DNA of 63,973 bases, counting the filler, from Chiloscyllium plagiosum (Eukaryota): the NCBI RefSeq assembly GCF_004010195.1. It is 3 parts of one record of this genome, joined end to end, with 100 filler letters (N's around TTAATTAATTAA, not from the genome) between each part and the next. Parts side by side here need not be neighbours in the genome. Positions count along the whole stretch, not along the records: positions 29,240 to 60,709 come from NC_057714.1; 2 more parts are not named here. One strand, written 5' to 3'. The position numbers and the translations under genes were made by a program. The notes beneath the pieces are model-generated. The model searched no databases. It was not told the origin of the DNA and saw nothing but the letters and a program-made list of their open reading frames with translations. Of this stretch, positions 38,133-50,498 are shown in pieces. Positions within the stretch are counted from its first letter, which is position 1. Every line of letters starts with the position of its first letter.

Positions 38133-39765
38133 GACCATAAGAGATAGCAACAGGAGTACGCCATTCAGCCCTCAACCCTGCTCCACCATTCAATATGATC
38201 ATGGCTAATCCAACATTCCTCATGTTTGCTTTCCTGCCCTTTTCCTGTAAACCTTGATTCCCTACGGATCAAAAATCTATCGATCTCAGCGTCAAATATA
38301 CACCAGGTCTCTGTTCTCACAGCTCTGTACCAAGGAGTTTCAAAAACTCACAACTGTCTGAGAGAAAAAATTCCTCTTTATCTAAGTGTTGAATTGGTGC
38401 CCCTTTATTGAGAGACTATGTCTTCTGGTCCTAGACTCTTCCATGAGGAGGGACTTGGGGGAGGGGCGTCGGAAATGTGATAGGTGGAAAGAGGTCAAGG
38501 TGAGGGTGATAGGTCAGACTGGGGTGGGGGCGGAGAGGTCAGGAAGAAGATTGCAGGTTAGGAAGGCGGTGCTGAATTCGATGGATTTGACTGAGACAAG
38601 GTGGGGGGAGGGGAAATGAGGAAACTGGTGAAACCCGCGTTCCTGCCTTGTGGTTGGAGGGTTCCTAGGCAGAAGATGAGGCGCTCTTCCTCCAACCATC
38701 ATGTNNNNNNNNNNNNNNNNNNNNNNNNNNNNNNNNNNNNNNNNNNNNNNNNNNNNNNNNNNNNNNNNNNNNNNNNNNNNNNNNNNNNNNNNNNNNNNNN
38801 NNNNNNNNNNNNNNNNNNNNNNNNNNNNNNNNNNNNNNNNNNNNNNNNNNNNNNNNNNNNNNNNNNNNNNNNNNNNNNNNNNNNNNNNNNNNNNNNNNNN
38901 NNNNNNNNNNNNNNNNNNNNNNNNNNNNNNNNNNNNNNNNNNNNNNNNNNNNNNNNNNNNNNNNNNNNNNNNNNNNNNNNNNNNNNNNNNNNNNNNNNNN
39001 NNNNNNNNNNNNNNNNNNNNNNNNNNNNNNNNNNNNNNNNNNNNNNNNNNNNNNNNNNNNNNNNNNNNNNNNNNNNNNNNNNNNNNNNNNNNNNNNNNNN
39101 NNNNNNNNNNNNNNNNNNNNNNNNNNNNNNNNNNNNNNNNNNNNNNNNNNNNNNNNNNNNNNNNNNNNNNNNNNNNNNNNNNNNNNNNNNNNNNNNNNNN
39201 NNNNNNNNNNNNNNNNNNNNTCCTCCTGGGAGCAGATACGGCGGAGGCGGAGGAATTGGGAATACGGGATGGCATTTTTGCAAGAGGTAGGGTGGGAGGA
39301 GGTGTAGTCCAGGTAGCTGTGGGAGTCGGTTGGTTTGTAGTAGATGTCCGTGTTGATTCGGTCGCCTGAGGTAGAAATAGATAGGTCGAGGAAGGGGAGG
39401 GAGGAATCTGAGACTGTCCAGGTGAATTTGAGGTCGGGGTGGAAGGTGTTGGTGAAGTGAATGAACTGTTCAACCTCCTCGTGGGAGCACGAGGCGGCGC
39501 CGATACAGTCATCGATGTAGCGGAGGAAAAGGTGGGGGGTGGGGCCAGTGTAGTTGCAGTGTAGTGTAGACAATCCCTCCATACCAGAGCTGATCCTACT
39601 GAATCTTCTCTGAACTATCTCCAATGAAATATTATCTTTCCTTAAATAAGGGGATCAAAACTGCTTCTAGTACACCAGACGTGGTCTCACCAGCACCTTC
39701 TACAGTTGTAGTAAGACTTCCCTACTCTTATACTCAAATCTTTTTGAAATAAGGGTAAATATTCA
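38133..39765 (-). mobile_element. CR1-type LINE 3' fragment split by a PLE insertion
   Basis: gaccataagagatag tail at 38133; ORF2 remnant resumes at about 39565-39760 (ggtctcaccag, antisense LVRP). Confidence 0.75.
38446..39562 (-). mobile_element. Young Neptune-like PLE, RT to 3' repeat, central part in a gap
   Basis: LFLRYIDDCIG, LPFLDL, DIYYKPTDSHSYLDYTSSHP..CKNAIPYSQFLRLRRICS; CpG-rich and open where sequenced. Confidence 0.93.
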
Positions 39766-40114
39766 TAATATTCAATGCTCATTGATGTGAAAATGATTTA
39801 CTGTAATTTGTGTAAACAACACATCAACCTCTGATTGATATTTCAAATGAGATCCTGAAAATACACTAAGAATGCCTCCCATTCCATTGTGACAGCAGAC
39901 AATTTGTTCCATATCCATACTTTGGGTAAATGTTTTCATTTAAATGTTTGGAATGTAATACTTATTTTGGGTACTTGTGCTGTGGAATTTACATGTTAAT
40001 GTTCTCTAAAGATGGAAACAAACCTTCTCTGCCTGATCTGGTATTTGCCCTGATGCTACTGTTGGTAATTCATGGTATCTGCTGTCTTTGCCAGTATGTG
40101 GTACAATGTCATAC

Positions 40115-41350
40115 AGTCATAGTGTAATAGTGAACAGCACAGAAACAGACCCTTCGGTCCAACGTGTCAGCACCAACCAGACATCCCAATCTAACTCAAT
40201 CCCTTTTGCCAGCATTTGGCCCATATCCCTCTCAATCCTTCTTGGTCATATACCCATCCAGACCCTTTTAAATGTTGTGATTGTACCGGATACCACCACT
40301 TCATCTGGCAGCTCTTTCTATCCAAGCACCACCTTCTGCATGCTCCTCAGACTCTTTTTAAATCTTTCATTTTTCACCTTTAGTCTATGCTCCAACACTC
40401 TAGGAAAAAGACCCTGGCTATTCACCCTATCCATGCCCCTCCTTCCCATGCCAGCAACATCCTTGTAATTCTTTTCTGCACCTCTCAAGTTCAGCACCTT
40501 TTGCCTGAAATGTCAATTCTCCTGCTCCTCAGATGCTGCCTGACCTACTGTGCTTTTCCAGCACCACACTCTCGACCCTGTCAGGGATTGCCAATGCACT
40601 GAAACTTGAAATCCAAAACTCACTCCCACGTACAGAAGGGCGACCAGAATTGTATGCAGGGTTCTAAAAATAGATGAACCATTACCCTGTACAGCATAAC
40701 AAGATGTACCAACTCAGTGCTCTGATCAATGAAGGCAAGTATGGCAAATGCCTTTTCACACATTCCTGATGAAGGGCCTTTACCGGAAACATCGATTTTC
40801 CTGCTCCTCGGATGCTATCTGACCTGCTGTGGTTTTTCTGCACAACACTAATCTTGACTGTAATTCTGCAACATCTGCAGTACCCATGTCTGCCTTTTTC
40901 ACTATCCTGTCAACCTGTGATTCCACTTTCAAGGAATTATGCACCTGCATCCCTAAGTCTCTTTGTTCAGCAACACTGCTCGAGGCCCGACTATTAACTG
41001 TTTCAGTCCTGTCAGTCAAAAATGCAACACTTCACATTTATCTAAATTAAACTCCATTTGCCACTTGTTGGACCATTGGTCCATCTGATCAACATCCCAT
41101 TGTACTCTGGAATAATCTTTTTCATTGTCCACTACACCAACTATTTTGGTGTCAAAGAGTCATAGAGATGTACAGAACGGAAACGGACCCTTTGGTCCAA
41201 CTCGTCCATTTATATGCATTTGGAAAGGCATATAAATGCCTTTTCAGATACACTAACCTAATCTAGTCCCATCGTCAGCACTTGGCCCATATCCCTCTAA
41301 ACATTCCCTACTCAGATAACCTTCCAGGTGGCTTTTAAAAATTGTAATTT
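40115..41350 (-). mobile_element. Mosaic of CR1/HER1 3' fragments with inserted PLE terminal-repeat pieces (40498-40577, 40762-40880)
   Basis: Antisense HER1 tails at about 40115 and 41158; VAEQRDLG.QVH.SLKV; ctgatgaagggcctttaccggaaac at 40766-40790. Confidence 0.8.
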
Positions 41351-41357
41351 TACTTGT

Positions 41358-41670
41358 GGGCGGCACGGTGGCACAGTGGTTAGCACTGCTGCCTCACAGC
41401 GCCTGAGACCTGGGTTCAATTCCCGCCTCAGGCGACTGACTGTGTGGAGCTTGCAAATTCTCCCCGTGTCTGCGTGGGTTTCCTCTGGGTGCTCCGGTTT
41501 CCTCCCACAATTCAAAGATGTGCAGGTCAGGTGAATTGGCCATGCTAAGTTGCCCGTAGTGTTAGGTAAGGGGTAAATGTAGGGGTATGGGTGGGTTGCG
41601 CTTCGGCGCGTCGGTGTGGACTTGTTGGGCTGAAGGGCCTGTTTCCACACTGTAATGTAATCTGTAATCT
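41358..41670 (+). mobile_element. HE1-type V-SINE, full length, young
   Basis: gggcggcacggtggcacagtggttagcac...gggttcaattcccg...cacactgtaatgtaatct, inserted into a CR1 tail. Confidence 0.95.
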
Positions 41671-43600
41671 AGCCTCCACCACTTCCTTTGGCAGGTCATT
41701 CCATACACATACCACCCTTTGCATGAAAACGTTTTTCCTTAGGTTCCTTCTAAATCTTTCATCTCTCACCCTAAACTTACGCCCTCTAGTTCTCTGCAAA
41801 CTTACTGACTATACCTCCTATATGCACATCTAAATCATTTATATAAATGATAAAAAGCAGTGTGCCAAGCTCCGATCCTTGTGGCACACTGCTGTTCACA
41901 GACCTCCACTCCAAAAAGCAACCCTGAACAACCACCCTCTCTTTCCTACCTTCAAATCAATTTTGTATCCAGTTGGCTAGCTCCTCCTGAATCCCACATG
42001 ATCTCACCTTACTAACCAGTCTACCATGTGGACAACGTCTACGGCTCTGTCTTTATCAATCTTCTTTGTTACCTCTTCAAAAACCTCAATCAAGTTAGTG
42101 GGACACAATTTCCCACACACAAAACCATGTAGGACCCTCTGTACACTGCTGGAGGAAACTTTCCTGAACGCACTTAACAAATTCCACCCCATCTAAGCCC
42201 TTAACACACTGGCAGTCCAAGTCTATTTTAGGAAAATTAAAATCTTCCACTATGACAACCCTATTGCTCCTGCAAGTCTCCCCAGTCTCCCTGCATATTT
42301 GTTTCTCTAATTCCCGTTGACTATTTGGGTGCTCGTAGGAGAACCCCAATAACTTCACCATCCACTTCTTATTTCTTAGCTTCATCACTGGATGATCCTA
42401 AGATCATCTGCTTTAATTTTCGCCTTAATCAGAAAGCAACTGCCCATCCCCTGCTTCTACCATCCCTGTCCTGCCTAAAGCACCCATACCCTGGCACATT
42501 ACGTTGTCAGTCCAGTCCCCCCCTTAGCTATGTTTCTGTAATGATTATAATATCCTAGTCTCATGTACTTTACAAGGATGTTGCCAGGGTTGGAGGATTT
42601 GAGCTATAGGAAGAGGTTGAGCAGGCTGGGGCTGTTTCCCCTGGAGCGTCGGAGGCTGAGGGGTGACCTTATAGAGGTTTACAAAATTATGAGGGGCATG
42701 GATAGGATAAGTAGACAAAGTCTTTTTCTTGGGGTCAGCGAGTCCCGAACTAGAGGGCATAGGTTTAGGTGGAGAGGGGAAAGATATAAAAGAAACCTAC
42801 GGGGCAACCTTTTCGCGCAGAGGGTGGTATGTGTATGGAATGAACTGCCAGAGGATGTGGTGGAGGCTTGTACAATTGCAACATTTAAGAGGCATTTGGC
42901 TGGGTATATGAATAGGAAGGGTTTGGAGGGATATGGGCTGGGTGCTGGCATGTGGGACTAAATTGGATTGGGATATCTGGTCGGCATGGACAGGTTGGAC
43001 CGAAGGGTCTGTTTCCATGCTGTACATCTCTATGACTCTATGACTCTATTACCTATCAGCCCTCTTGCATTGAAATAGATGTGATTTAATCTAACAGGCA
43101 TTCCTTGCTCCCTGCCATAATCCAGCCTAACCTGTCTCTTCAACGTAAGTTTCTGATTACCGTATCTTCTTCCAGACTTGCACTTGTCTCTCTACTGTTG
43201 AGGATCCCACCCTGTGCCAATCTTGCAGCACTAGCAAACTTGGCTGCAAAGACATTAGTCCCTGTCTTGTTCAGGTGCAAAAAGTCTCTCTTGAACAGGT
43301 CACCTTGGCCCCAGAAAAGATACCAATGATCTAAAAGCCTGACCCCTTGCCCCTTCCACCAATTCTTTAGGCATATATTCATCTGCCATATCCTCCTGTT
43401 CTTATCCTCACTAGCACATAACACTGGAAGTAATCAGGAGATTACACCAACGAGGTCCTGGTTTTTAACTTTTCTCCTAGCTCTCTACAAACACTCTGCA
43501 GGACCTCATCCCTATTTCTACCTCTGTCATTTGTGCCAACATGCACAATGACTTCTGGTTTCTCCCTCTCCCCTTTGAGAATGTTCTGCAGCCACTCTGA
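41671..43600 (-). mobile_element. Internally deleted CR1 with ORF1 esterase, endonuclease and RT fragments
   Basis: VIVHVGTND and DFLHLN..GT (SGNH esterase of CR1 ORF1), VVIVEDFNFP.ID, HGFV.GK.C.TNL. Confidence 0.85.
42568..43049 (+). mobile_element. Young CR1/HER1 3' fragment nested in the older CR1
   Basis: FTRMLPGLEDLSY...RLRGDLIEVYKIM open to the ORF2 stop; tail ctctatgactctatgactctat. Confidence 0.95.
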
Positions 43601-46349
43601 TGTTTGAGGGCATTTATTGCCATCAATATTCTTTTGGCCAAGGTGTGTCAATGGTCTGTCTAATTATCACTGGTCAATCACTGGCGAGTCTAAACAGTAG
43701 AGGTACCTATTTTTGTTGACAATATGATTTATTGCCTGACAACAATAAGTAAAGTTCACATTAACAGTCAGGCTGCATGAAATACACCTGCTCCTTAGGA
43801 AGGTGAGTGTGAACCTCTGGGTCTCTGTCAAAAAGCAGTGTGTCCCATCATCAGATTGAGTAGAGCTCATGCAACTTCAATGTTAACGCTTTCAGAAACA
43901 TTATCCCACACAGCACTGGGCTGAACAGATATGAGACATCAGTGCAGTGGATGCATTAACTGCCCTCTGAAGTGATGTAAAAGTCATGCAACTGAATTAT
44001 ACTTGCAGAAGGTTGCCTACCACTGTCTTTGCAAGTCTAATAGGGACGACAATAAATGCTGTCCTCAACATCATTGGTCACATCCAGAGATTAAATAAAT
44101 AAATGGCCATATTGATGCTGTTTAGAAGAGAAAGCATGTCAGACTAATCAGTTCTGACAAATCACTGGCTGGGCTGAAGATATACAAAAAAACCCCTAAG
44201 TTATGATCAATTGCCGACACAGGATAGCCATCTGGTTCAACTCAACCTGAAAATGCTGGAAACACAACAGGTCAGTTAGAATTAGCACAGAAATGCTTGG
44301 TTATAATATCAGTTCTAATTTGCAGTGAAACAAAAACAAGGTACAGCAGATGATGAAAAGGGCTCAGTGAATTTGGGGTGGAGAGAAGCAGAGAAGCTTT
44401 ACTGAGGTTTGGAAGCCCAGAAAACTAGCACTCCCTGAAGGCCTACTGATTTTCACAGCAGGAACTGTCTAACTTGCTTTGTCTCCATTTCCCAGCTGTA
44501 ATCATCCAGACACAGAGGCCATTTGGTCACCTGCAGGGTGGTCTTGGGCACCAGGCTGCAGTCAGGGAGGAAGAGATGGAAAGGTTGCAAAGGGCAGCGG
44601 AGCCTGGATGCCAGAAGGTAGATCAGAAGCCAAGTGGCAATGTCGAAGGCTGGAGCAGTGCAGATGTCCGAGGGTAGAAGAAAGATCGATATTAGCAGTT
44701 TGTCTTGAGAAGGTCTGTGTTGGGGATCATGGTACGGTTTGGAGACCAGAGGGAAATTTCGTGACTGACAATGGGATAGATTGAAGGGCAGAGGTACAAG
44801 TGACACCAGAGTTAAGGGAAAGCTCACAGACAAGATTTGAAAATTTATAAGAGGAGATCAGAAATGTTGGGGAAAATTTGAAGAGTGATGCCTGATCATG
44901 GGGTTGGATGGGAGTGTGTGGATTGATCGGGTTCGGGGAGCAGTGTGCTATAATAGATAAATAAAATAAACTTAATACAGCATTCAGGCCTTGACTACTG
45001 AGAGGATAAGGCTGGCATTATGGCATCAAGTGTTTTTAAATTAGAAATGTGCAGGTCGGAGTTGGGCTTCAGATTATTGACCTTTAAACCTGACCCGAGA
45101 CCATCAATTTTTAGGCATTAAAATTCCCTTTGATAGGCCTGCCCTTCACTCCACAGTTGCTGCTTGATCTATTTTACCCAGGCTTCATTTTGCTTTCAAT
45201 TAATTCCATTATGGATGGAAAAAGTAAACATACAAAAGTACACAGTAGGAGCAGAATGTGGGCTATTCAGCCCCTTGAGCTTACTGTCCATTCAATAAGA
45301 TTAAGGCAGATTCATTTGTGTTTTGAATTCCACATTCCCAGCAGATCCCACTAATATTTGATTCCCTTGCCTAACAAGACCCTGTCTACCTTTGTCTTAA
45401 AAGTTCTTACAAAGCCTTCTTCCACAGTCTTCTGAGGTGTGAGTTCTTAAACCCACAGCCCTTTCAGAGAAATACCTGTTCTCAGCTGCGTCCAAAATGT
45501 GTGACCCCTACAGAGGTCCCTCTGGAGGTCCCCTGCCAGAATAATGTTACACATTTTCTTAACAGATCTGATGTCTTTTGTGCTGGTGACATTGAGGACC
45601 GTTTTTTTAAATAAGTCTTGTGACATTTGTCACTGTTGACAAGTAAAAATACAGAATCTAACAGTTCTGCTTACGGCAGTGGGACTGTTCAGCTTTTAGT
45701 TTCTTATGCCTCTTCCTTAAATAATGCTGCACTGGATCAAATAAATAGGGGGCATTGGTGAGCTGAACTTATGGGCAAGATCTGACTTCATTCAAAACAT
45801 ACAGCTCCCTGAACAGAGTTGAGACTGAGAGTTCCGTTTCTGACTTCATGGCAACACTGTTCTCTAGAAACAGTTTGCAAATAGCACAAACCTTTGTGAC
45901 ACTTGTGTATTCCGCTACTTAAAGACTTGTGTGATTCTACAAATCTTTTATGTTCCTCAATGCAACAAGTGAGAGGAAATGTTTAAACTGACAACTTCTT
46001 GGAGTCATTGTATTGTTATATTACCTCAGATGCCTTCACTTTAAATTGTACAAAGAAAGAGTCAAATCTTTTGGTGTTCTTTCTATATAGAAAAAAAGTG
46101 CCTATTTTTAAGGCAATGAAGAATACTGTTCCTGTGTGAGTTTGATTCTGAAGTAATATCAAACACAACAGTAGAAAATTTCATTTGCAAGAGCTACCTA
46201 TTCCCATTGTGATTTTATCACAGGATGAGCAGCTGCACTGGTGTGAACTGGAAGCTGCATACATCAACACACAGGGACTGCATCAGATGCATATACAGGC
46301 ACTGCATCAGATTTGACTCAACAAGATGGGTGACAAATATTCTCTGGTT

Positions 46350-46610
46350 CATTTCTCAGAGTAACACATGGATCAATAAGAATCAACCCGCCTGATTTAA
46401 AATTTAAATAAAGCTTGACAGTTAACTGTCAGCTATCATTAACTGTCAGCTATCATTAACTCTAGCAACACCCCTATCAAACAGAATCCATTTGCCAACC
46501 AATCAGCATTATCTTCTCATACAATAGAAGCATAATTTTCCCTTTTCTTCTGTATTTCTTGTAAATTGCCTGATAAGTGCAAGCTGAAAACTTTCAACAA
46601 AATGTCTCTA
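46350..46610 (+). mobile_element. Decayed PLE-type terminal repeat (third family)
   Basis: ccaaccaatcagca motif and ctgataagtgcaagctgaaaa (decayed CTGATGA...GAAA) at about 46570-46590; 17-bp tandem duplication taactgtcagctatcat. Confidence 0.5.
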
Positions 46611-47082
46611 GCAAAATGCACAGGCATGAACAGGCATGAGTGATTTTATTTATCACCATATAGAGTGACCTTTCATGACAACCTGCTGAGTATTTCCAGC
46701 ATTTTGTGTCTTCATTTCAGATTACCAACATCTACTGTATTTTATTTATGCTTTTTTTTACTGTTTTTACTAAACAAATGGCCATTTTACTTTTCTTCCA
46801 CTCTGTCAGGTTTGTTTAAAATAGCTTTGTTTGAGAAAGAGCTCATGATTTTACTGGAGTTTCAGTTTTCAGTAGTTAACAACTCTGGCACAGTGAAGGA
46901 GCTAAAATGTGTTTCATGATTAATGGCTGCATTAGCTGATATAACCTTATGTTGCTTCTTCACAATCATTCAACCCACTGAGGATTAAAAATTGTTTTAT
47001 CTATAAAAATACACCAAGAAGACAGTAAAAGAGCAACTGATCCATTGAGCTTATCCAGCATTATGAAGGGGTACAAATAATT

Positions 47083-47215
47083 CTGATTCCTGATGAAGGG
47101 CTTATGCCCGAAACTTTGATTATCCTGCTCCTTGGACGCTGCCTGACCTGCTGTGCTTTCCCAGCACCCACACTCTTGACTCTGATCTCCAGCATCTGCA
47201 CTCCTCACTTTCTCC
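47083..47215 (+). mobile_element. 133-bp PLE terminal-repeat insertion with hammerhead core and 14-bp TSD
   Basis: CTGATGA-a-GGGC-ttat-GCCC-GAAAC at 47090-47114; TSD gggtacaaataatt at 47069-47082 and 47216-47229. Confidence 0.88.
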
Positions 47216-47250
47216 GGGTACAAATAATTGCTTGCTATTACAGAACTTAA

Positions 47251-47334
47251 GTTTAGATCAGAGTGGTGCTGGAAAAGCACAGCAGGTCAGACATCGTCTG
47301 AGGAGCAGGAAAATCAACATTACAGAAAATCGAC
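47251..47334 (-). mobile_element. Short PLE terminal-repeat insertion with 14-bp TSD
   Basis: gtgctggaaaagcacagcaggtcag...; TSD attacagaacttaa at 47237-47250 and 47335-47348. Confidence 0.85.
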
Positions 47335-47419
47335 ATTACAGAACTTAAACATAGCTAAGGAAAAGAAAATGAAAATTTGACTTCATATCAGCTTTATGCA
47401 ATTTTATACGGCAATTCTT

Positions 47420-47850
47420 GTTTTATTTGTTCATGGGATGTGACCATCGACGGCCAAACTGATAATTAAAGCTCATCTCTTTTTGCACAGAGGATAGGAG
47501 AAAGTGAGGACTGCAGATGCTGGAGACCAGAGTTGGAAAATGTAGTGCTGGAAAAACACAGCAGGCCAGGCAGCATCCGAGTAGCAGGAGAATCGACGTA
47601 TCAGGCATAATCCCTTCTTCCTGAAGAAGGGCTTATGCCCAAAACGTCAATTCTCCTGCTCCTCGGATGCTGCCTGGCCTGCTGTGTTTTTCCAGCACCA
47701 CATTTTGCACAGAGGATAGTTAAGCTTCATGTACATCGCTGTGGGTCTGGAGTCACATGTGGGCCAGAGCAGGTCAGGACTGCAAACTTCCTTCCCTGAA
47801 GGACATTAGTAAAACAACGTTTTTTAAAACGATTGGCAGTAGTTATATAG
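47420..47850 (-). mobile_element. Shark SINE (second family) hosting a PLE hairpin insertion
   Basis: Homologous to 54600-54790 once 47498-47719 is removed. Confidence 0.75.
47498..47702. mobile_element. Hairpin PLE terminal-repeat insertion with 17-bp TSD
   Basis: Arms fold at about 47620 (cccttcttc/ctgaagaaggg); TSD ttttgcacagaggatag at 47481-47497 and 47703-47719. Confidence 0.9.
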
Positions 47851-47862
47851 TTGCCATTAGAA

Positions 47863-47980
47863 GGGCTAATGCCCGAAACGTCGATTCTCCTGTTCCCTAG
47901 ATGCTGCCTGACCTGCTGCGATTTTCCAGCAACACATTTCCATCTCTGATCTCCAGCATATGCAGACCTCACTTTCTCCT
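47863..47980 (+). mobile_element. PLE terminal-repeat insertion truncated within the hammerhead, 8-bp TSD
   Basis: gggctaatgcccgaaacgtc...ctcactttctcct; cattagaa at 47855-47862 and 47981-47988. Confidence 0.8.
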
Positions 47981-48861
47981 CATTAGAAAGGAATAGCATG
48001 GAAATCCTCAGATATTTCATTAAACACTAAGTTTTATGGGACTGGTCGGTGTCTGAAGGTGGGAGAACTAGCAGGGAGCCTGTGGCAGTTCCATGGGGGA
48101 AGCTCGATAGAATCAAGCACCCTGCTGGCACTGATGCCACCACTGCCAGACCTTGCCCATGGTAAGGGACTCTGGCAGCACAAAGCCAGGCTATCCACTG
48201 CTTCTGGCCAGTCTACAGTCAGCCGCTTCTTATGCGGCCAGGAACATAGCACTGCTCTGCTGGCAGTAATGCACCCACCAGAGATCTGGGTCAAAGGTCA
48301 ATGAAGGCAGGATTGTGGTTGTGGTTGACACGAGAGCGGCTGGGTCAGAGGCAAGGTCAGGTTGGTGGTTTTCAGAAGTCACTCCTCACCTGAAGCTGAG
48401 TCTCTGGATTGAGCACAGAAGAACTACAAGGGACACTCCGCTAGAGTGATCCCGCAAGCAGTGTTCAGACAATGCAGGAAAGCTTCAAGCCTTCAGTAAA
48501 TTCCTGAGCCACCCAAAACTGGGATGGACTTGACTCAAACTGAATTGACAGATTACTGGCAGCCAAGAATTCTGTTTTAGTCCCTTCCATTCCTGCTATA
48601 GTCGATGGAGAGTTTTTTGCTGACAATGTGCCTTCACCATGGGTAAGTGGTTTCCAGTAAAACAGGCCGCATTAATTTCAGTCTGTGGTGGTTTTCCTGA
48701 AAACTTCAAAGTCCTTATTATTCCTGCCGAGGCCCAAGTAGAGCCCGACTGATGTTCTCTCAATTTGTTGCTGGCAATCCTAAAACTCTTTCAGCACTTT
48801 AAAGTGGTGCAACTCATTGATGTCAGGCAAAGCTCTACAAAATGCCAGCTTGTCCAAAATA

Positions 48862-49293
48862 TAGAACATAGAACATAGAACATAGAATCTACCCCCCCTT
48901 AATTTATAGCTATGCCCCCTTGTAATACCCGACTCCATACGTGGGGGAAGGTTCATACTGTCTACCCTATCTAACCCCCTAATCATCTTGTACACCTCAA
49001 TCAAGTCACCCCTAAACCTTCTTTTCTCTAGTGAAAACAGCCCCAAGTGCCTCAGTCTTTCCTCATACGATTTTCCTTCCATACCAGGCAACATCCTGGT
49101 AAACCTCCTCTGCACCCGTTCCAGTGCCTCCACATCCTTCCTATAGTATGGCGACCAAAACTGCACACAATATTCCAGATGCGGCCGCACCAGAGTCTTA
49201 TACAACTGCATCATGACCTCAGGACTCCGGAACTCAATTCCTCTACCAATAAAAGCCAGTACGCCATATGCCTTCCTCACCGCACTATTTACC
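48862..49293 (-). mobile_element. Young CR1 3' fragment with (catagaa)n tail
   Basis: LYKTLVRPHLEYCVQFWSP...FRGDLIEVYKM; tail agaacatagaacatagaacatagaa joined after an internal deletion. Confidence 0.93.
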
Positions 49294-50170
49294 TATGGTT
49301 CACTATTAATATTTTAATTAGCTCTTTTCCTTCAATGTAGTAAACATTTGGAATTTGTTATGTGGTTTCAATATTACAATGAGGTGTCAGAAATTTTGCT
49401 TGACCTTCCACTACATTCACAAATATTTCAGTCAGTCACTTTTAGGTCCTTATGTGACCCCAGATAGAATGTCACAAGGATTCTGCAATAAGGTCTCTGA
49501 TGATTCTCCACACTACTTCGATTCTGCTACACGGAAAGAAACGACAATTCTAAAGAACCACATACTTTAAGAAAATTCAATTTTGCGAGCGTAAGAAAAT
49601 TTTCTTTCAGGTTTCTTTCATTTTACTTGAACAGGGAGTGTTCTTACTAAAGCAATTGAGTAATACTAGCACTAAGTTGGAGCCCTGAACAATTGGACAT
49701 TTTTGTGTGATATGCAGCGATTTATTAGGGACAATCACTACCTCTTCAATTGTTAACTTTTCAATGTGTTCATCTGGCTGAGATGTGATGAATAGATAAC
49801 TTTGTTTCATTCGATGCTTTGTTATACCTATACAGCTATTTTAAGAAACAAAAATCAAATTCCAGCACCAAAGATGAGTGACATTTCTGCTGTTTACAGG
49901 CTCATACTAACCTACTAGCCCATATAAAGGGCAACAATACTTCAATATCTATGCAATGTCTGATAAGTGCTCAACAGTAGTGGCTCTGATCTGTTTCACC
50001 ATATGTCAGGGGACCAAGATATTATCGCTGCATTGTGTCAATAAAGATTGTTCAATGTTCAATTTAAAATTCTTTCAAGATTGATTTTGTAAAAAGAATG
50101 AAATATTTACTCAGCTGAATGCTGGTGCCATTAATGTATACCCCTCAATGACTCACAGGAAATTGTGTAT

Positions 50171-50498
50171 GTTACTATAGGCAATGGTTAGCTTTAGTTG
50201 TGCTGCACAAAAAGGATGTGTTGTTACCATGGTTACTTGTTTGAAAAAAAATATCTGGCTTACTGAGCAGATTAAGGTGTTATAGCAACATTATCTGTGA
50301 ATCTAAGATTGAGTGATGTAGCCGGTCTTTATCTTCTAAAGCCCTGAGATACCAGTGTAAGGAAAGTGTGAGCTCAGTTATGTTTCCTTTAGAGTCCTAA
50401 TTCCACACAGAACTGAAGCATTAAGTGCTGTTGCCATGGAAAAATCTGCACAGCAGTTCAATATCAGGAGCGCTGCTGCTATCTTGGTAACCGGTTAC
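50171..50498. promoter_or_regulatory. Cluster of RFX X-box-like motifs (candidate enhancer or promoter)
   Basis: GTTACTATAGGCAAT 50171, GTTACCATGGTTAC 50223, GGTGTTATAGCAAC 50276, GTTGCCATGGAAAA 50430, GCTATCTTGGTAAC 50478, in repeat-poor DNA; motif evidence only. Confidence 0.55.

Noticed and set aside
41358..41430. tRNA-like sequence with A and B boxes
   Set aside because: It is the tRNA-derived head of an HE1 SINE and continues into the V-domain; not a tRNA gene.
45675..45732. Minus-strand exon-like segment with GTAAGC donor
   Set aside because: Stop codons in all three frames and only a modest acceptor.
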